From the NCBI GenBank assembly GCA_030704615.1, contig CM060733.1, forward strand, positions 60,264,001 to 60,328,000: DNA of 64,000 nucleotides. The letters are read 5' to 3'. The notes beneath the pieces are model-generated. The model had not been told where the DNA came from, ran no database searches, and saw only the letters and a program-made list of their open reading frames with translations. This document shows positions 37,801 through 50,929 of the stretch, piece after piece. This stretch comes from Takakia lepidozioides (Eukaryota > Plantae > Bryophyta). Within the stretch, counting starts at the first letter, position 1; every line of letters begins with the position of its first letter. The position numbers and the translations under genes were made by a program.

Positions 37801-40099
37801 TTGCATCCCCTGCCTGTCCTGTTGAACATATTCAAGTTAACCATGAACAGTTTGAGAACAATAGCATGGCATCAGGGAAGGCCGCCAGGAGCTCAAACAC
37901 CAACGTGTCGGGGCTCTAAATTTTATGAAAGACAAAATAGTGAGTACACATGACCGCGTTCTCAAACACTAGATGTACAGTACACGCCCTGTTGAATGTC
38001 AGGTTTCTAATGTAGGGACTCTGTATCAACAGTCCGTGAACCATTTCTTACATGAACCACGCTACATCCGAGCCACTTGCCGCCACATTGCTTGTTACTC
38101 AGCTTAAATTATCCTCCATGCCTTCTTCTCTCTCCCAGCAAAGGCAGAAGAGCAAGATCCTGTGTGCATTCGTGCAGTGCAGTATCGAAGGGAGAGACCG
38201 AAATCGAGGGACACGGACATAGACACTAATAGAAACCAGGGGTACCCGTATTTCCAGCGAACAAGCAGAGTTGATAGAAGGTACCGGAACTCACAACAAC
38301 AGTGGATGAAGATGGGTTTCTAAGAACAAAGACAGCAGAGCCAACACATAGGCATAGACAAAGGAGAGACAGTGGTAGATAAACACCTGAACTGCAAAGC
38401 TCCCTTGCACCAAGTCTTCTCCTTTACCCAAAGCACTGACTTTCACATCCAAGACATCGCCATAGCTACAAATTCTTCGTCTTCCATCTCCACTCCTCTG
38501 CCATCGCTGCAGCCATGAAAGCAGTGAAGCATTCACAAGAATCGCGTGGAAGCAACTCAATCTCCTCAATGGAAATCGCGAGAAAAGGATCGTCTGCAGG
38601 GAGATAGTGCACCCGGTCCCGTGTTCAAATCCTGAATAGTCCAAAACGTTTCCTTAGCATATTGAAATTAGGTCTAGCTCCTCGGATAAACTTCTGTCCG
38701 ATCTTTTGGTGACCGTCGATAGTCGATAAATCTCAGATGGATAAGGCTTGCCTGGCCATTCGTTATCTTGATTGGAACTATCATCCAAATTCTGCGAGAG
38801 AAGTATCATCCATCATCTGGTAGACGCCAACCTAAAAAACATATATGTGGAGGGGTTGCTGAAGCAAGTGTACTGAATTAGCTTATGGTGCTCACTTAGA
38901 GCCCCAAGGGCTAGTGTCTTTTGGTGGCAGATGAAAACATGTATGACATTCAACATATGGTTTGAACCCACAACCACTAGTGAAGCGGTTGATGCCCTTA
39001 CCATTGGGCTATGGGCTAAATGTTCGTTGCTCAACCCAGACTAGGATTCGGATTGCAGCTTTGTTTTGTTTAGACGCATAACTTCTTGTTAAGCAGGTGA
39101 AGCGCATCAGTTTTGATAGTTGTGTTCCTGAATGAGATTTATCAGGTATGGGCATCAATGAATTATTTTCGAGATACAAAGAAAAACTTGGGTGTGTTGT
39201 GCTCCATGGCTTTTCGAGGATTATTACATTTTTATTTTATGGAAAAAAAAATGCTCTTTGAGTTTGAGACATGATAGGCGACAGAGAGACGGATCCAAGA
39301 GAATGATCCATTTGACGATATGTGACACTATTTGAGCAAGTGTGCCTTGACAACCGATTGATTTATGTAGTACAATAGGTGATAGACTTAGTTAATAGAC
39401 ATCCGAACTACATCAAGCCTACCGTGCACCTAAGCTTGTGCCACAACCTACATCAGTGTCCAACCACACTCTTTAGCACACAATCCTAAAAAACTATGCC
39501 ACAATCGTCCCTGTAGCTAGCGATTAGGTCCCTCTAACACCAGGTAGCTGACAAATATTGATTGCAATTATATCATTGCTTGTCTTCAACCGCATATGTC
39601 CCAATTCCAAAGTCTTATATAGATCAAGAGATCGAGTGCAAGAGAGCCCCGTTGTAAGGTTGTCTTCGTCTTCTTGCAATCGGCCATGATCTTCAGTTGA
39701 GTATCCAAGGCGTTGAAGCCCCCCTAACTAGACCTTGGATCACTTGTTAGCCTCACCATAGTCGTGCCCACTACCTCTGTCCAAGGAATTGTGGACACCG
39801 CCATTCTCCAATACACAACAACAAAACGTGTCATCCGTTATCACATGTAATCACCAGGCATAATCACCATTGTCCGAAATCATCCAAAAACAACTACATG
39901 GTAATAATATCCTCCGTGGATTCGTAGTGGCTCTTGAGTGCGGTGACTTTCATCACCAAATAATTACTCCTATATATTACATATTAAACTATTTAAAATA
40001 TATTTAATTAATTAATTAATTAAAACACGTAGGGTTTGTACACATGGGTGACGTTTGAAAGTTTGTGAACACGGGATTGTATACTTACTAAGACTCTGA

Positions 40100-40900
40100 C
40101 CTCTCGTTTTGAGGCCTCGCATCATCTGGCGGATTCAAGGCTCGAATTACGGAGGTGAAAGCGGTATCCCCTTTGCCGAACCCAGAAGACGGGGTCACCT
40201 ACGTGCGGTTGCTATAGCCTATGGTACCTCGCCAAACTTGAGGGATGCATTCAATGTAGGTGATATTACGAACCCTAAATCCAGATGCAAAAGAAGTGTT
40301 CTATGCGACTCATGACGTCATCCGCAATGCAGTAGTTGCGGTTGCTCGTGATGCAGGGGTTCATGTCCTTCGAGAGCAGATGCACGTACTTCCAGCCCAC
40401 GATAATCGTTCCACACGACGGCGCGTTGACCTTGTCATCTCTCACGATGAGATGGGCTGCGTACATTGGCAGATGTGGTCATCAGTGATCCTACTAGGGA
40501 AGATCTCCTTCCACGCACAGCCTAATCACATAGAGTTGCTGCTTCAGTAGCCGCACAGGGAAAAGAGCGCGACTATCGGGAACGTCACCCCACAGACACA
40601 TTCCTCCTTTTGGCGGTCGAGATCTTCGGTTGTTTGCATCATCAGTTCAATGACTTCCTTCGTACATGTGCCCATCGCGCAGCTGAAAACAAAAGCCTTG
40701 AAGCCCATACGTCTATGTTCTTATAGCTTTCTTTAGATAACGAGTCTTCGTTGCTTTACAAAAGGATCAAGCTCTATCCATTTTGCATTGGGTAGAGGTT
40801 GTTGCGGCAGCTTCATCTCGCCTCCCAGCACTTTCTGACCCTCCCTCTTTCCTGTTGTTTGACCTTCTTTAGGCAGTAGGTGATACTACAATAGTTTGAC
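40100..40900 (+). mobile_element. 3' fragment of a CRE-like non-LTR retrotransposon (restriction-like endonuclease domain), degenerate
   Basis: ATHDVIRNAVVAVARDAGVHVLREQ..RRRVDLVI..RTLADVVISDPT..AAQGKERDY..FLLLAVEIFGCLH..VALQKDQA, the usual C-terminus of RLE-bearing elements. Confidence 0.78.
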
Positions 40901-43900
40901 TTCTGTTTATCATTATGTCTAGCTCTATGAGATTTTGCTTCTGGGATAGTTTTACCCATTTTGTACAGTCACCCCACTTGGGTTGTTTTATAAAGCTATA
41001 CAGGGATCTCGATCTGTAAAATTCTTGATATAATATGGTTGAATAAGATCTGTCGTGGCGTGATGATCACAAGGTCTGCTGGATCTGCCCAGCAAGGGCG
41101 CGGAATGGAGGCTCTAGAGACCTACATTGAGCAACTTGTGGGAAGGGGTGAAGCCTGACCACATAATGGTAGTTTGCATTTGCACTCTGTGTGCAATCCT
41201 GGTGTCTTGGAGTGCAATGATCGCATGATATAGCCAGCATGGTTGTCACACTAAGATCCTGCAATTATTTAAAAGAATGCAAAAGGAACGTTTGTAGCAA
41301 GACAATATCACATTTATATGTGTTTTCTCTGCATGCATCCCATGTTGGCCTATTGTATCAATGAAGAAATCACAATCAGTTGGATATCAGCTCGCAAGGC
41401 TCGCAACTGCAATCACAGGTGGGCCCTTGTAGGCTGGCATACTGGGTTCTTTGATTCTCTTAGTCAAGATTATGATGTTCAGTAAATCACTTTGGCTGCA
41501 CGAATGCATATAATGAACATGATGAATTAGTACATTGTAGAGAGATACACGGAAGATCTCCCGACCTTCAATGACCCCATCATTTGTCAATGTTTATTGC
41601 AGTGGTGTTTATACAATTTTAGTATTTCAATCTCTCCTGCGAATTTCAACGTGTGATGCCTTGTAAATTTGATTATTTTGCTAACTGATTTGTATATGAT
41701 GGTTTCATGCATTTCAATGTAGTGCACGAGAGATCTCCCATTCTTTAACCCTTAAGGGCACATGAGACCCGTTTTGGGTTTCGAGGAACTAGATTTCTCT
41801 ATGTACATTTTGTAGAGCTTAATTTTTTTATGCATTTAAACTTCCAGTTACTCGCATTGAAACTAGTAAAGTCTACCAAATTTTCCGACATAGAAATTTG
41901 TTAGAAAATACAAGGGTCATGAAATTGGAACATACAAGAGGGGCCATCCAAAGTTGATTGTCTGCGTGGCGAGAAATAATTGGCCCACAGTTGGCCTCAC
42001 TTGGGTAGCAACTTTTATAAATTCTATCCTTGGATCTAGATTTGTTTTTGACCAGGCTCACTATTGTAGTGCATTCCACACCTTCACCGAAGGAATTGGA
42101 TGAAACATTTTTCAATGTTTTCATTATCAATGAGTCATTATTTGGAATGGGCTCACCTTGATCAATTGCCAAGCTATGGAGGTCATTTCGACCCCCCCTC
42201 AAACATATACAAAGGACCTCAATAAAAACAAATGTTATTTGGCTTGAATTTTTTCACAATAGTTGGCTCGAATACCATACAACGTTTCTATGTGGGAGGT
42301 AGAAGAAGGAAAAATCAACCCATCACTCAAATAGCATTCTTGATCAAAGCTCAAATTTCATACTTTGCAAAATCCAAAAACAAAAAACTCCCCACTAAAT
42401 CACTAAAATCTCTCTTATCGCATGGTGAATTTATACACAATTTTCTGAGTAGATGTACATGGTAACCAAGGTGAATATGATAAGGTTGGAACATTTTTTT
42501 GGATGTAACAAGGTAGGTGTATGCCTCTCATTTTACAATAATAGGGTCATGAACGCAAGCGTGCGAGAAGGACGGTGGGCCCCTCGTCCAGACCAGGGGC
42601 GCCCCCCACCCGCGCCCACCCGCCCGCCGCTGCTGCCGCGGTTGCCCCTCCCAGGCTCCGTCCAACTGTCCGCTGGGGCTGGTCCGCTCCCTGTAGTCCG
42701 CCTGTCCGCGTGTCCGCCCGCCCGCAAGATCTGGGCCGTCCACGACGAATCCCATCGCAGCCCTCCAATTTAGGGCCTTATCTCGCCATTGCCATCAAGA
42801 TGTCGGTCTTTGTTGTATGCAACTGCGGTGCGTGCGGGCGGTAGTCGTTGCCTGGTGTTCGTGTCTTTGTGTTTTCGTGACATTTTGTCGTGATGTGGAA
42901 GGGCAGGAGAGGAGTCGGAGCCCTACAGCCACCATCGTGCATATGCTTCCACTATTTTCGTCATTTTTTTGTTGCTGGCGGGGCCGTTTTTTGCGATTTC
43001 ATTGTACATGTAATGCGTTTTGCCCACTTGGTTTGGCCTCTGTCCGGTCATCGCAAAATGGCCAATGCAATGGGCCGATCGATTACAAGCCTGCCTAAAG
43101 ACTACCTTAGTTTACATTTGGGATATGGTGTTGTTCAATTTTATAATTATTCATGTTGAGGTAGCCGCATCCGTCCGTCAGATGACCTCCTCAGTTTGGA
43201 ACGGTAACCATGGGCAAGATGATAGCGAAAATCGCTGAAGCATATGCACATGAGGGCGTTTAAAAATATTGCAGATTCCATATCCAGCCATGAACTGTGT
43301 TATGTGTGTCGTGGGCAGAGTTATCGTCAATTTGTCAATTGTGTCTGCTGGGCTGTGTTAGCCTGAGACTCGTGAACTATCTCACATCTGCAGTATGGGT
43401 TCTCCCTGTAAAAAAGTCGGGTTCGACAGCCAATACTTGTCGGCCTGGATACCCATATGTCTGTTGCTTCGTTAGTCTTGCTTCGTTGGTGTGGTAATCG
43501 GAGCCTCTTCAGGAGGCTGAGTCCACACATCGGCCTGGAATATGTTCGCGAGTCTGTTGCGATGTTAGTCTGTCCTGACAACGGACTTGCGGCGTCTGTG
43601 TACGCTGGTCTGTTGTGAGAAACTGTGAAAGCATGGTGCCGCGTCGAAAATTTGGCGTTACACCCTTCCGTCTGCCAGTCTGTTGTCCTGCCAGTCTTTT
43701 CAGCTAGTCTGTTGTCTCTGTCGCACCATCAGTCTAGTCTGCCTGCAGCTTGTTACAGAGGGCGACGGAACAATGACCATGTTGACCTGCCAGTCTGTCG
43801 ACCTGCCAGTCTATCTATTTTGTATAGTTTGTTTCGTCGTCAGCCTGTTGCAGTCGGGTGGATTTGCTTAGTGGATTACGTGTTGGTCTGCTCAAATCGG

Positions 43901-44224
43901 TCTGCTGATTCTAGTCTGCTTGACTCTGTCTACTATTCACTCGGTCTGATATGCACTGGGTAGACCTAGTAAATGCAACGGCAGCGGTGGCGGCGTCAAT
44001 CATGGTGCGCCACGTGGTGCCGTGGGTGTACTGCATTTCCGCTCCCGGGTCAACTTCAACTTGAACTTCGCCTTCCCGCCGGTGTTGTGGTCTGCTTTTA
44101 TGTCAACGTCTGTCTTCCTTGCGCAGACTTCTTTCCTCACGCAGATTTGGAGAGTCATCTTAGACCCCAACAGTCGCCAAGACCGTTGCTCCCGTAGGCC
44201 GTTGCGTTCCTCGAGTTCACACAT

Positions 44225-44470
44225 CTATGCACAAGGGGGTGACGCCAAACCAGGTCACACATGTTATTAGCATTCTTATGGGTGTGCCAGCCTGGCTGAC
44301 TTGGAAAAAGGCAGGGAGGTCCATGCTGACATCATGAAAGCTGTATCAGGCCTCATGGAATGCCATGATCTCAGGATATGCTCAGCATGGGTGAGGCTTT
44401 GACACATATGAGCAAATGGAGTGACACCTGATAAGGTCACGCTCACTTTTGTTCTAAAGGCCTGTGCCAC
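44225..44470 (+). pseudogene. PLS-class PPR gene fragment
   Basis: Frameshifted reading GVTPNQVT..SIL.GCASLADLEKGREVHADIMKA..SWNAMISGYAQHG..GVTPDKVTLTFVLKACA. Confidence 0.85.
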
Positions 44471-47034
44471 GAGCTCAGCACTACAACTACAATAACTAGG
44501 TTGTCTTCACCTCCTGTGGCTCCCTTATTACAAATCTTAGGAGGAGGAGGCTTCAGTGTACCAGTGTTGTCCAGATGGGAGGAGATGTGGGTGCTTCAGT
44601 CAACTCTGCCTAAGCTTTCTGGGTGTTGAAGTCAAGTGGAGAATCCCTTTCTAGGAAATTTCTTCCTCTCATCTTTGTTGGTGTTCAGGTGCTATCTTTA
44701 GTAACTAGATGGTTTGCAAAGGTGTCCACATGGGCTTAGGGTGGTAGATATTTCACTTGTGTCCCAAAAAGTTGTGTGGTTGTGAAGGTAATGGAAGTTG
44801 AATTTATCTGGTCTTCTGATGTGTACTTATAGTTTTGGTTCTCGCTTCTCTGTCTGTCCTCGTATGTAGTGCTTGTTCTCGCTGGTTCTCGCACTTTCTG
44901 GACTCCTCCATTCTTGCACTTCTCTCTTTTTGTTGGGCCCTCTGCCTTTCTCTGTTGTGTTGTGTTGTATAGGCGATGAAGGAAGCCTGCGCGAAGGGCG
45001 GACCCGACTGGATTGACTTTGTGCACGTCACGCGTTTGAAGAAGCTGCGAAGATATTGGTACTCCCCACAGGAGTACGATCGCAAAATAGTGGAAGCATG
45101 TATTGATCTCCGTGTAGCCAAGGAGGAGAACCCAGAATGGAAAAAAGATAGGCTTAGGTGTCCTTTCTGTGAGGAAGCCATAAAGGACAAAATCCAGTTT
45201 GTCAAGTTATTTTACCACTAGTGTGAAACTAGCTAGGAAATAGCTAGCTTTTACATATTGACATTTGGGATTGGCCCAAGTGTCAATCCAGGGGTCAAGG
45301 CAGATTTAGGCCCTGGAGTGGTTATCTTCACGGCAAGCGCGGGAGGCTCATCTTTCTCGAGTTGAGCCTCACCGCGCCTAGCTATGGCGCCGTAGTGTGG
45401 ATTCCCCATGGCGTGGGGTGCACTTGGCTTGACTTGTATTTGAGTGATGAGGTTATATATGCATGAGTTTGCTTCAGCTTTGTGAGCTCGCATGAGCTTG
45501 TGCTTGTATTCTTCTTCTTTATCACTCGAGAAAGATCAGCTCGTATCTGTGAGTGCCAGATACGAGTTAGTTGTAGCACTTGTGGTTTTTGCTTGAGAAT
45601 GAGAGAAACCAAGTTGTTATGCAAGGAGCACCATGGAGCTCTTGGTTGTTAGAAGCGGAGGCGATGTGGGTTACGAGGTAGACCTTGGCATTCGATCTTC
45701 AGCTTCAGAGATGAAAGCACCATGCTGCAGGTAATTCCAGAGCACCTTGATGGTTTCAGATTGTGTACATGCATGAGCAAGCACGATTGGGAAGAGGACC
45801 AGTCAAGAGCAGGTTATAGTGGCTTTGGTGGCAAAGCTGAGAACTGGACTGGGAATGCGAGCTTTCATTGTGTGAAGGATTGCAAGACCAAGCGAAAGGG
45901 CTGATTTGGCTTGGGGCAAATCAATGCACTTTGTGGAGTATGGTGAGATTGGGTTTCAATCTCGAGCTTCAGCATTGAGAGGGCTCTTGTCATGGCAAGA
46001 GCAGGGCTGGAACAGGAGCTAAGAGGTGCGGCAAGGCCATGGAATGTGCACCTAGGGTTTCAGAGCTTGGAAGAAGAGCTCTGCACCACAAGAGAAGTGT
46101 CTTGTGGCTGGAAATGTAAGCCTTAGGGTTTCAGGAGCTTGGCAAAGGCTGTGGAGTGCTTAGTCTTGTCTTAGAGAGCATCAAGGAGCCAAGGAGCCAA
46201 GATAGGGGGCTGATATCTCTTGTGTGAAGAGGTTGCATGTGTGGAGCATGTATTCAGCTCATTGAAGCTTCCATCTTCAAGCTTGGAGGGCAAGCAAGGA
46301 AGAGGGAAGGGCTGACTTCCCTTATGTGAGGGCAATGTATGTGTGGAGCATGCTATCAGCCTGGTGAAGGCTTGCACTTTAGGTGTGGGAGTGCAAGAAA
46401 GGAAGGAAGGGGCTGGTTTCCCTGTAGGGCATGTAGAGCATGCTTTCAGCCTGCTGAAGCTTGTATTTTCAGGTTTGTGGGTGCAAGAAATGAAGCAAAG
46501 GAGCTGATTCTTATGGTGAGAGTGGGGCATGTGTGGAGCATGCCTTCAGCCCATTGAGGCTCTTGTTTTCAAGCCTTAGAGAGCTAGAACGGAAGGTCTA
46601 GGGCTGGTTTCCACTTGGAGTGAAAGAAAAGCACTTGTAGGGCCTATGTGAGTTGGGGTTTCAACTTCAAGCTTGAAGGGAGCGCAACTCTTGAAGCAGG
46701 TGTAGAGGGCTGGAATAGGCTCTAAGACAGATGCTATGGCCAATGAGAGTGCTTGAATGAGTGCTCACAAGGGCTGGGAACCAGCAGGGCTTGGTTGTTT
46801 GCCATTGAGTTTAGTGGCGTGTTTGGGGAGGCTAAGTGAGAAAGAAGGCTTGGTTTGTGGCAACCACCTCATGGCTTAGGGCTACTATGGTGGTGTGTGG
46901 GAGCCGAAAGAGCAAGGATACCTTGCTGATTTCCTCACAGCCACCATAGCTCGGTGGAAAGAAGCCTAGAGTCCAAGAGACACAAACCCTAGCTTGGCGT
47001 GGCTAAACCCTTGGAGAAATGGCTAAACTGCCAG

Positions 47035-47760
47035 AGCCCTGTGGGCTGTGACGGGCTGTGACTGTGCAAGGTGGGCTGTGATGGGCTATGATGGGCTGTG
47101 ACAGGCTGTGCCTGGGGCTGTGACGGGCTGTGACAGGCTGTGGCCTGTGACGGGCTTGGGCTGTGAGCTGTGATGTGCCTGTGTGGCTGTGACGGGCTGT
47201 GGGCTGTGGGGCTGTGACTGTGAGGGGCTGTGACAGGCCGTGCCTGAGGCCTTTGAGGCTGTGACGGGCTGTGGGGGCTGAGGCTGTGTGGCCGTGCTTT
47301 GAGGCTGTGACGGGCTGTGAGGGGTGTGCCTGAGGCCTTTGGGGGGCTGTGAGGGGCTGTGACAGGCGTGCCTGAGGCCTTGGGGCTGTGTGAGGGGCTG
47401 TGACAGGTGCCTGTTTGATGTGTTGGGCACAAGGGTGTGTGACGGGCTTGTGCCTGGCTGTGGGCTGTGAAGGGGCTGTGTGCCCTGTGGCTTGTGGGCT
47501 GTGACGGGCTGTGACAGGCTGTGTGGGGCTGTGATGGGCTTGAGGGCTGTGTGATGAGGCTACGGCTGTGAGGGGCTGTGACAGGCTGTGGCCTTGGGGC
47601 TGTGACGGGCTGTGAGTGGCTGTGTGTGACAGGCTGTTGTGTGCTCTGTGGGCTGTGTGTTGTGAATGTGAGGGCTGTGCTGTTGTGGGGCTGTGACGGG
47701 CTTGAGGGGCTGTGACATGTGCAGGCTGTGAACAGGCAGTGACTGTGACGGTGTGACTAG
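47035..47760 (+). repeat. Degenerate tandem array built on a ~10-bp GGGCTGTGAC unit, upstream of gag
   Basis: Dozens of ggctgtg(a) cores with variants gacggg, gacagg, gatggg, gagggg. Confidence 0.92.
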
Positions 47761-48019
47761 TGAGGTGTGGGCCTGTGCTGGTCTGTGGTGGCCCGTGTTG
47801 ACCTGTGGACGGCCTGTGCTGACTCGTGGAGGCACTGTGGACTGCCTAAGGACTGGCATGTGGTCTGGAAGCCGAATTTTGAAGCTCGTGGAGGGCGGTT
47901 TGAGGAGTATCTTTCATGATAGGTACAGGTGTGGCTATGTTAGGAACTTAGTATTCCAAAACCATAAGCCGCACCAGGTTCTCTCCCGGTTACCTTGTGA
48001 AAGGGGGTTAGGGACATGT

Positions 48020-49500
48020 TCATGACCGGTTGAGTGTCAACACGGAGGTGCCACTAGTTGCTGGGGACAGTGCCGGTTCGAGCACTAGCGATACTAGTGG
48101 GTACACGAGACGAGGTGTGCGGTTTAGGCCACCTTCACCTCCTGTGTCTTCCACGGAAGGTTCTGATTCGGATTGTGAATCAGGAGGACTCATACCGGCG
48201 GTGCAAGTTGTTTCTTTGCCATTGTTGTGGACACAATGGAGGAGATGTATGGAGCTACCAAGGGCCACGAAGGTACTCTGGGGCGGTGGGCACCATCGAG
48301 TTGGATGATTTTATCCAGTTTGATAGTTGGTGTGATTTGCAGCAAATGCGCAATCCACAACTATTTACGCCTTTCATGGCATGGAAGGGGCTGTTTCAGC
48401 ACCTTGAGGGGCCGCCTATGGATGATTACCATGAGTTCAGGCGGGGGCATGAGGTTGAGATCGAGGAGTGGATGTACTGGTCACCCGACTATGTCTCCAT
48501 CACTAGGGGCACTAGAGCCACGAGGGCAGTGGCTACAGCCGCTGCACCGGCAGCTTCAGCAGTAGCAGTGGGACTGGTGGTACAGTAGCTACGACGTCCA
48601 CCCAAGCCACTACCGCACCAGCACTAGCACCCCGTGCCTGCCTTCAACCCTGTTGTGGAGTTCTTCGAAGAGTTGAGAGGAACTACCAAGGGGTGAGACA
48701 GAGAAGTTGCGGAGCTTGCAAGAGTTCCAACGGAAGCCGACCGAGAGCTTGAGGGAGGCTTTCACTCGCATGAGGCGCTTGATAAATGTAACCCAAGGGG
48801 TTACGGAAGCTCGGCAGTCCAATTCTGGTATGGGATATTGGACAAGGAGCTGAGGAGAAGGGTGCGGGATGCAACTCTCCTACAAGCGGCCCAACCCACC
48901 TTAGCAAATGTGTTTTTGCTGGCAGAGCGGATAGAGCTCAACATGGTGGAGGAACGAGTGGTCATGGTGGGATTTGCTAAGGAGACACCACGGGGTAGTG
49001 GTGCTCCTAGCCAACCACTACCTCAACGTGCTCAAGGCAACAAGGGGGCTCAGGTGAAGCTCAGGGAAGGGCAGAGAGGACCTCAGATGCAGGGGTCTCT
49101 CCCTTCATTTGCTGGCCAACAACGGCGGATGTGGTGTGCTGGACATGTGGAGGACCCCATGTCAAGAAGGATTGCCAGAGGGAGGCAAAGGGCCGGCACA
49201 TGCACAGCCTGCACAGTGCAGTGGGCATTGTGGCAAGCACGGGCATGGAGAGGCCCAGTGTTATGGTTTGCATCCTGAGTTGCGCCCAGGCCAGTTCCAA
49301 GGGAACAATGGTGGCCGGGGGCGAGGTGGAGCAGCCCAGAGAGGACGAGGTGGCCAGCCACGAGGTGCAGGCCAAGGCAAGCTCAACATGGCCAAGGACG
49401 CGGAGGTCAGGTGTTTGACCAAGGCATGGCCAACCGGCTTCAGCAGCTAGAGCAGAGGCTCGCTGCCATGGCTACAGCTCAGGTGGTACCGGCTCTAAGG
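48020..49500 (+). pseudogene. gag: gag with two Cys/His knuckles (frameshifted in this sequence)
   Basis: LQEFQRKPTESLREAFTRMRRL, ILDKELRRRVR, CWTCGGPHVKKDC, HCGKHGHGEAQCYGLHP. Confidence 0.75.
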
Positions 49501-50139
49501 CCGGATGGTCCACCTCCTGCTCCTGAGGGAGGAGATATGGGAGGCATGGGATTCATGTGTGAGCAGCACTACCACTAGTGCAGGTGGAGTCTGCTGCAGC
49601 CGTGACTCGAGGAGCAGCACGAGTTCCTGAGCCACGAGGTGCAGAGGTGGAGTTGGATCCACAGCGTGGGGAGGCAAGCCGTCAGGCTAGGCTTCCTCAG
49701 TCATTCACATTGGCGGAGACAGTGTCGACGCCATCCATGGCACCTAGTTCTCGCCCGACTGTTACCGAGGCGGAGGTTACTATGCCATTGGGGAGAGCTA
49801 CACGGGTAGCACCACTACCTAGTGTTGCCAAGGCTACGGCAGCTAGTGTGCTGCTAGGAGCGGCCACATCTGTGTGCCAGGCTCCATTGTTCTCGGCTAC
49901 CATGATTGCGACGCCGGGGGTAAGACCAGCTGAGGTGTTCAGGCTGGCAGCTACACTCTGTGAGAGTGGGGAGGTTACTTCATCTTCTGCGGAGATAGTG
50001 GGAGGTGTAGTGCCGGAGGGATCCTCGGATTTGAGGGTCAAGACTGCCACGGCGGCGCCATGGCAAGCTGCAGCTGCCAGGTTGATGGAGCTGCCAGCTA
50101 GGCCAGCCATTGAGCGCGCCATGGTGACACCTGGAGTTG

Positions 50140-50520
50140 TCATGTTAGACAACCAGGATGGCATTTTCTGTTTGAGTGGACCGGCAGGCAAGAGGTACCG
50201 GCCACTGCGGGTCTTGTTGGACTCGGGAGCTCAGCCATTGATGCTGGGCAGAGCTGCTATTGCAGGCTTGGGCCTCACGGAGGCGGATATGGAGCCTTGT
50301 CCTTTCCAGATACAGACGTCTCTGGGAGGATCGAGCAGGCTCGGGGCATGACACGGCGTGAGTTGGCTATCAGACTACGGCCGGATCACCCTACAGATGG
50401 CTCAGTGATGCGAGCCAAGGCCATTGTGACAGACGCGGTCTCATACGATGTCCTGGTTGGTGGGCAGTGTTGTACCCATGGGCTTCACCCTGGATTTTTG
50501 GGAGGAGTCAGCTTCCTATA
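50140..50520 (+). other. Aspartic protease domain
   Basis: RVLLDSGAQPLMLG near 50210, followed by YDVLVGG. Confidence 0.85.
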
Positions 50521-50929
50521 GGCCTGCATGGCAGTCAGGGGAGGGCCGGCGTGTGCAGCTCCCTGTGACGTTCATAGGAGGAGTTGCGGTTGCCCAGCGA
50601 GGCAAGATGCCGACACTAGCAGCATTCACAGCGGCAGTGAGTTGGCCTAGAGAGTTGCTTGAGGGCAATGCTCATTCAGAGGATGTACCACCTCCGGGAG
50701 AGCAGGATGACATGTATGGTATGGCGGAGTTGCCTACCATGGTTGCTCAGACTCCATTGTGGGGCACGAGCAAGGATTTGCAGCGGGATGCTGATCGACG
50801 GGTGCAACAAGCCTGGTGGAGGCTTTTGTACCGTCAGGAGAGGAGGAGAGTGCGGGGATTGCACCAGGACCACCTCAGTTGTCTCCATTGGACACCACAC
50901 CTATTGTGTGGCAGTATCCGGATGAAGGC

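Noticed and set aside
41873-42530. Possible decayed transposon or protease coding remnant
   Set aside because: Too many stops and no diagnostic motif.
44731-44748. tRNA-Pro-related PBS (GCTTAGGGTG resembles a tRNA-Pro anticodon arm)
   Set aside because: It is a short, same-sense match and not complementary to a tRNA 3' end; probably coincidence.
46989-47859. Pro/His/Ser-rich minus-strand ORFs, or a CRISPR-like array
   Set aside because: These are artefacts of the degenerate 10-bp tandem repeat; there are no unique spacers and no cas genes.
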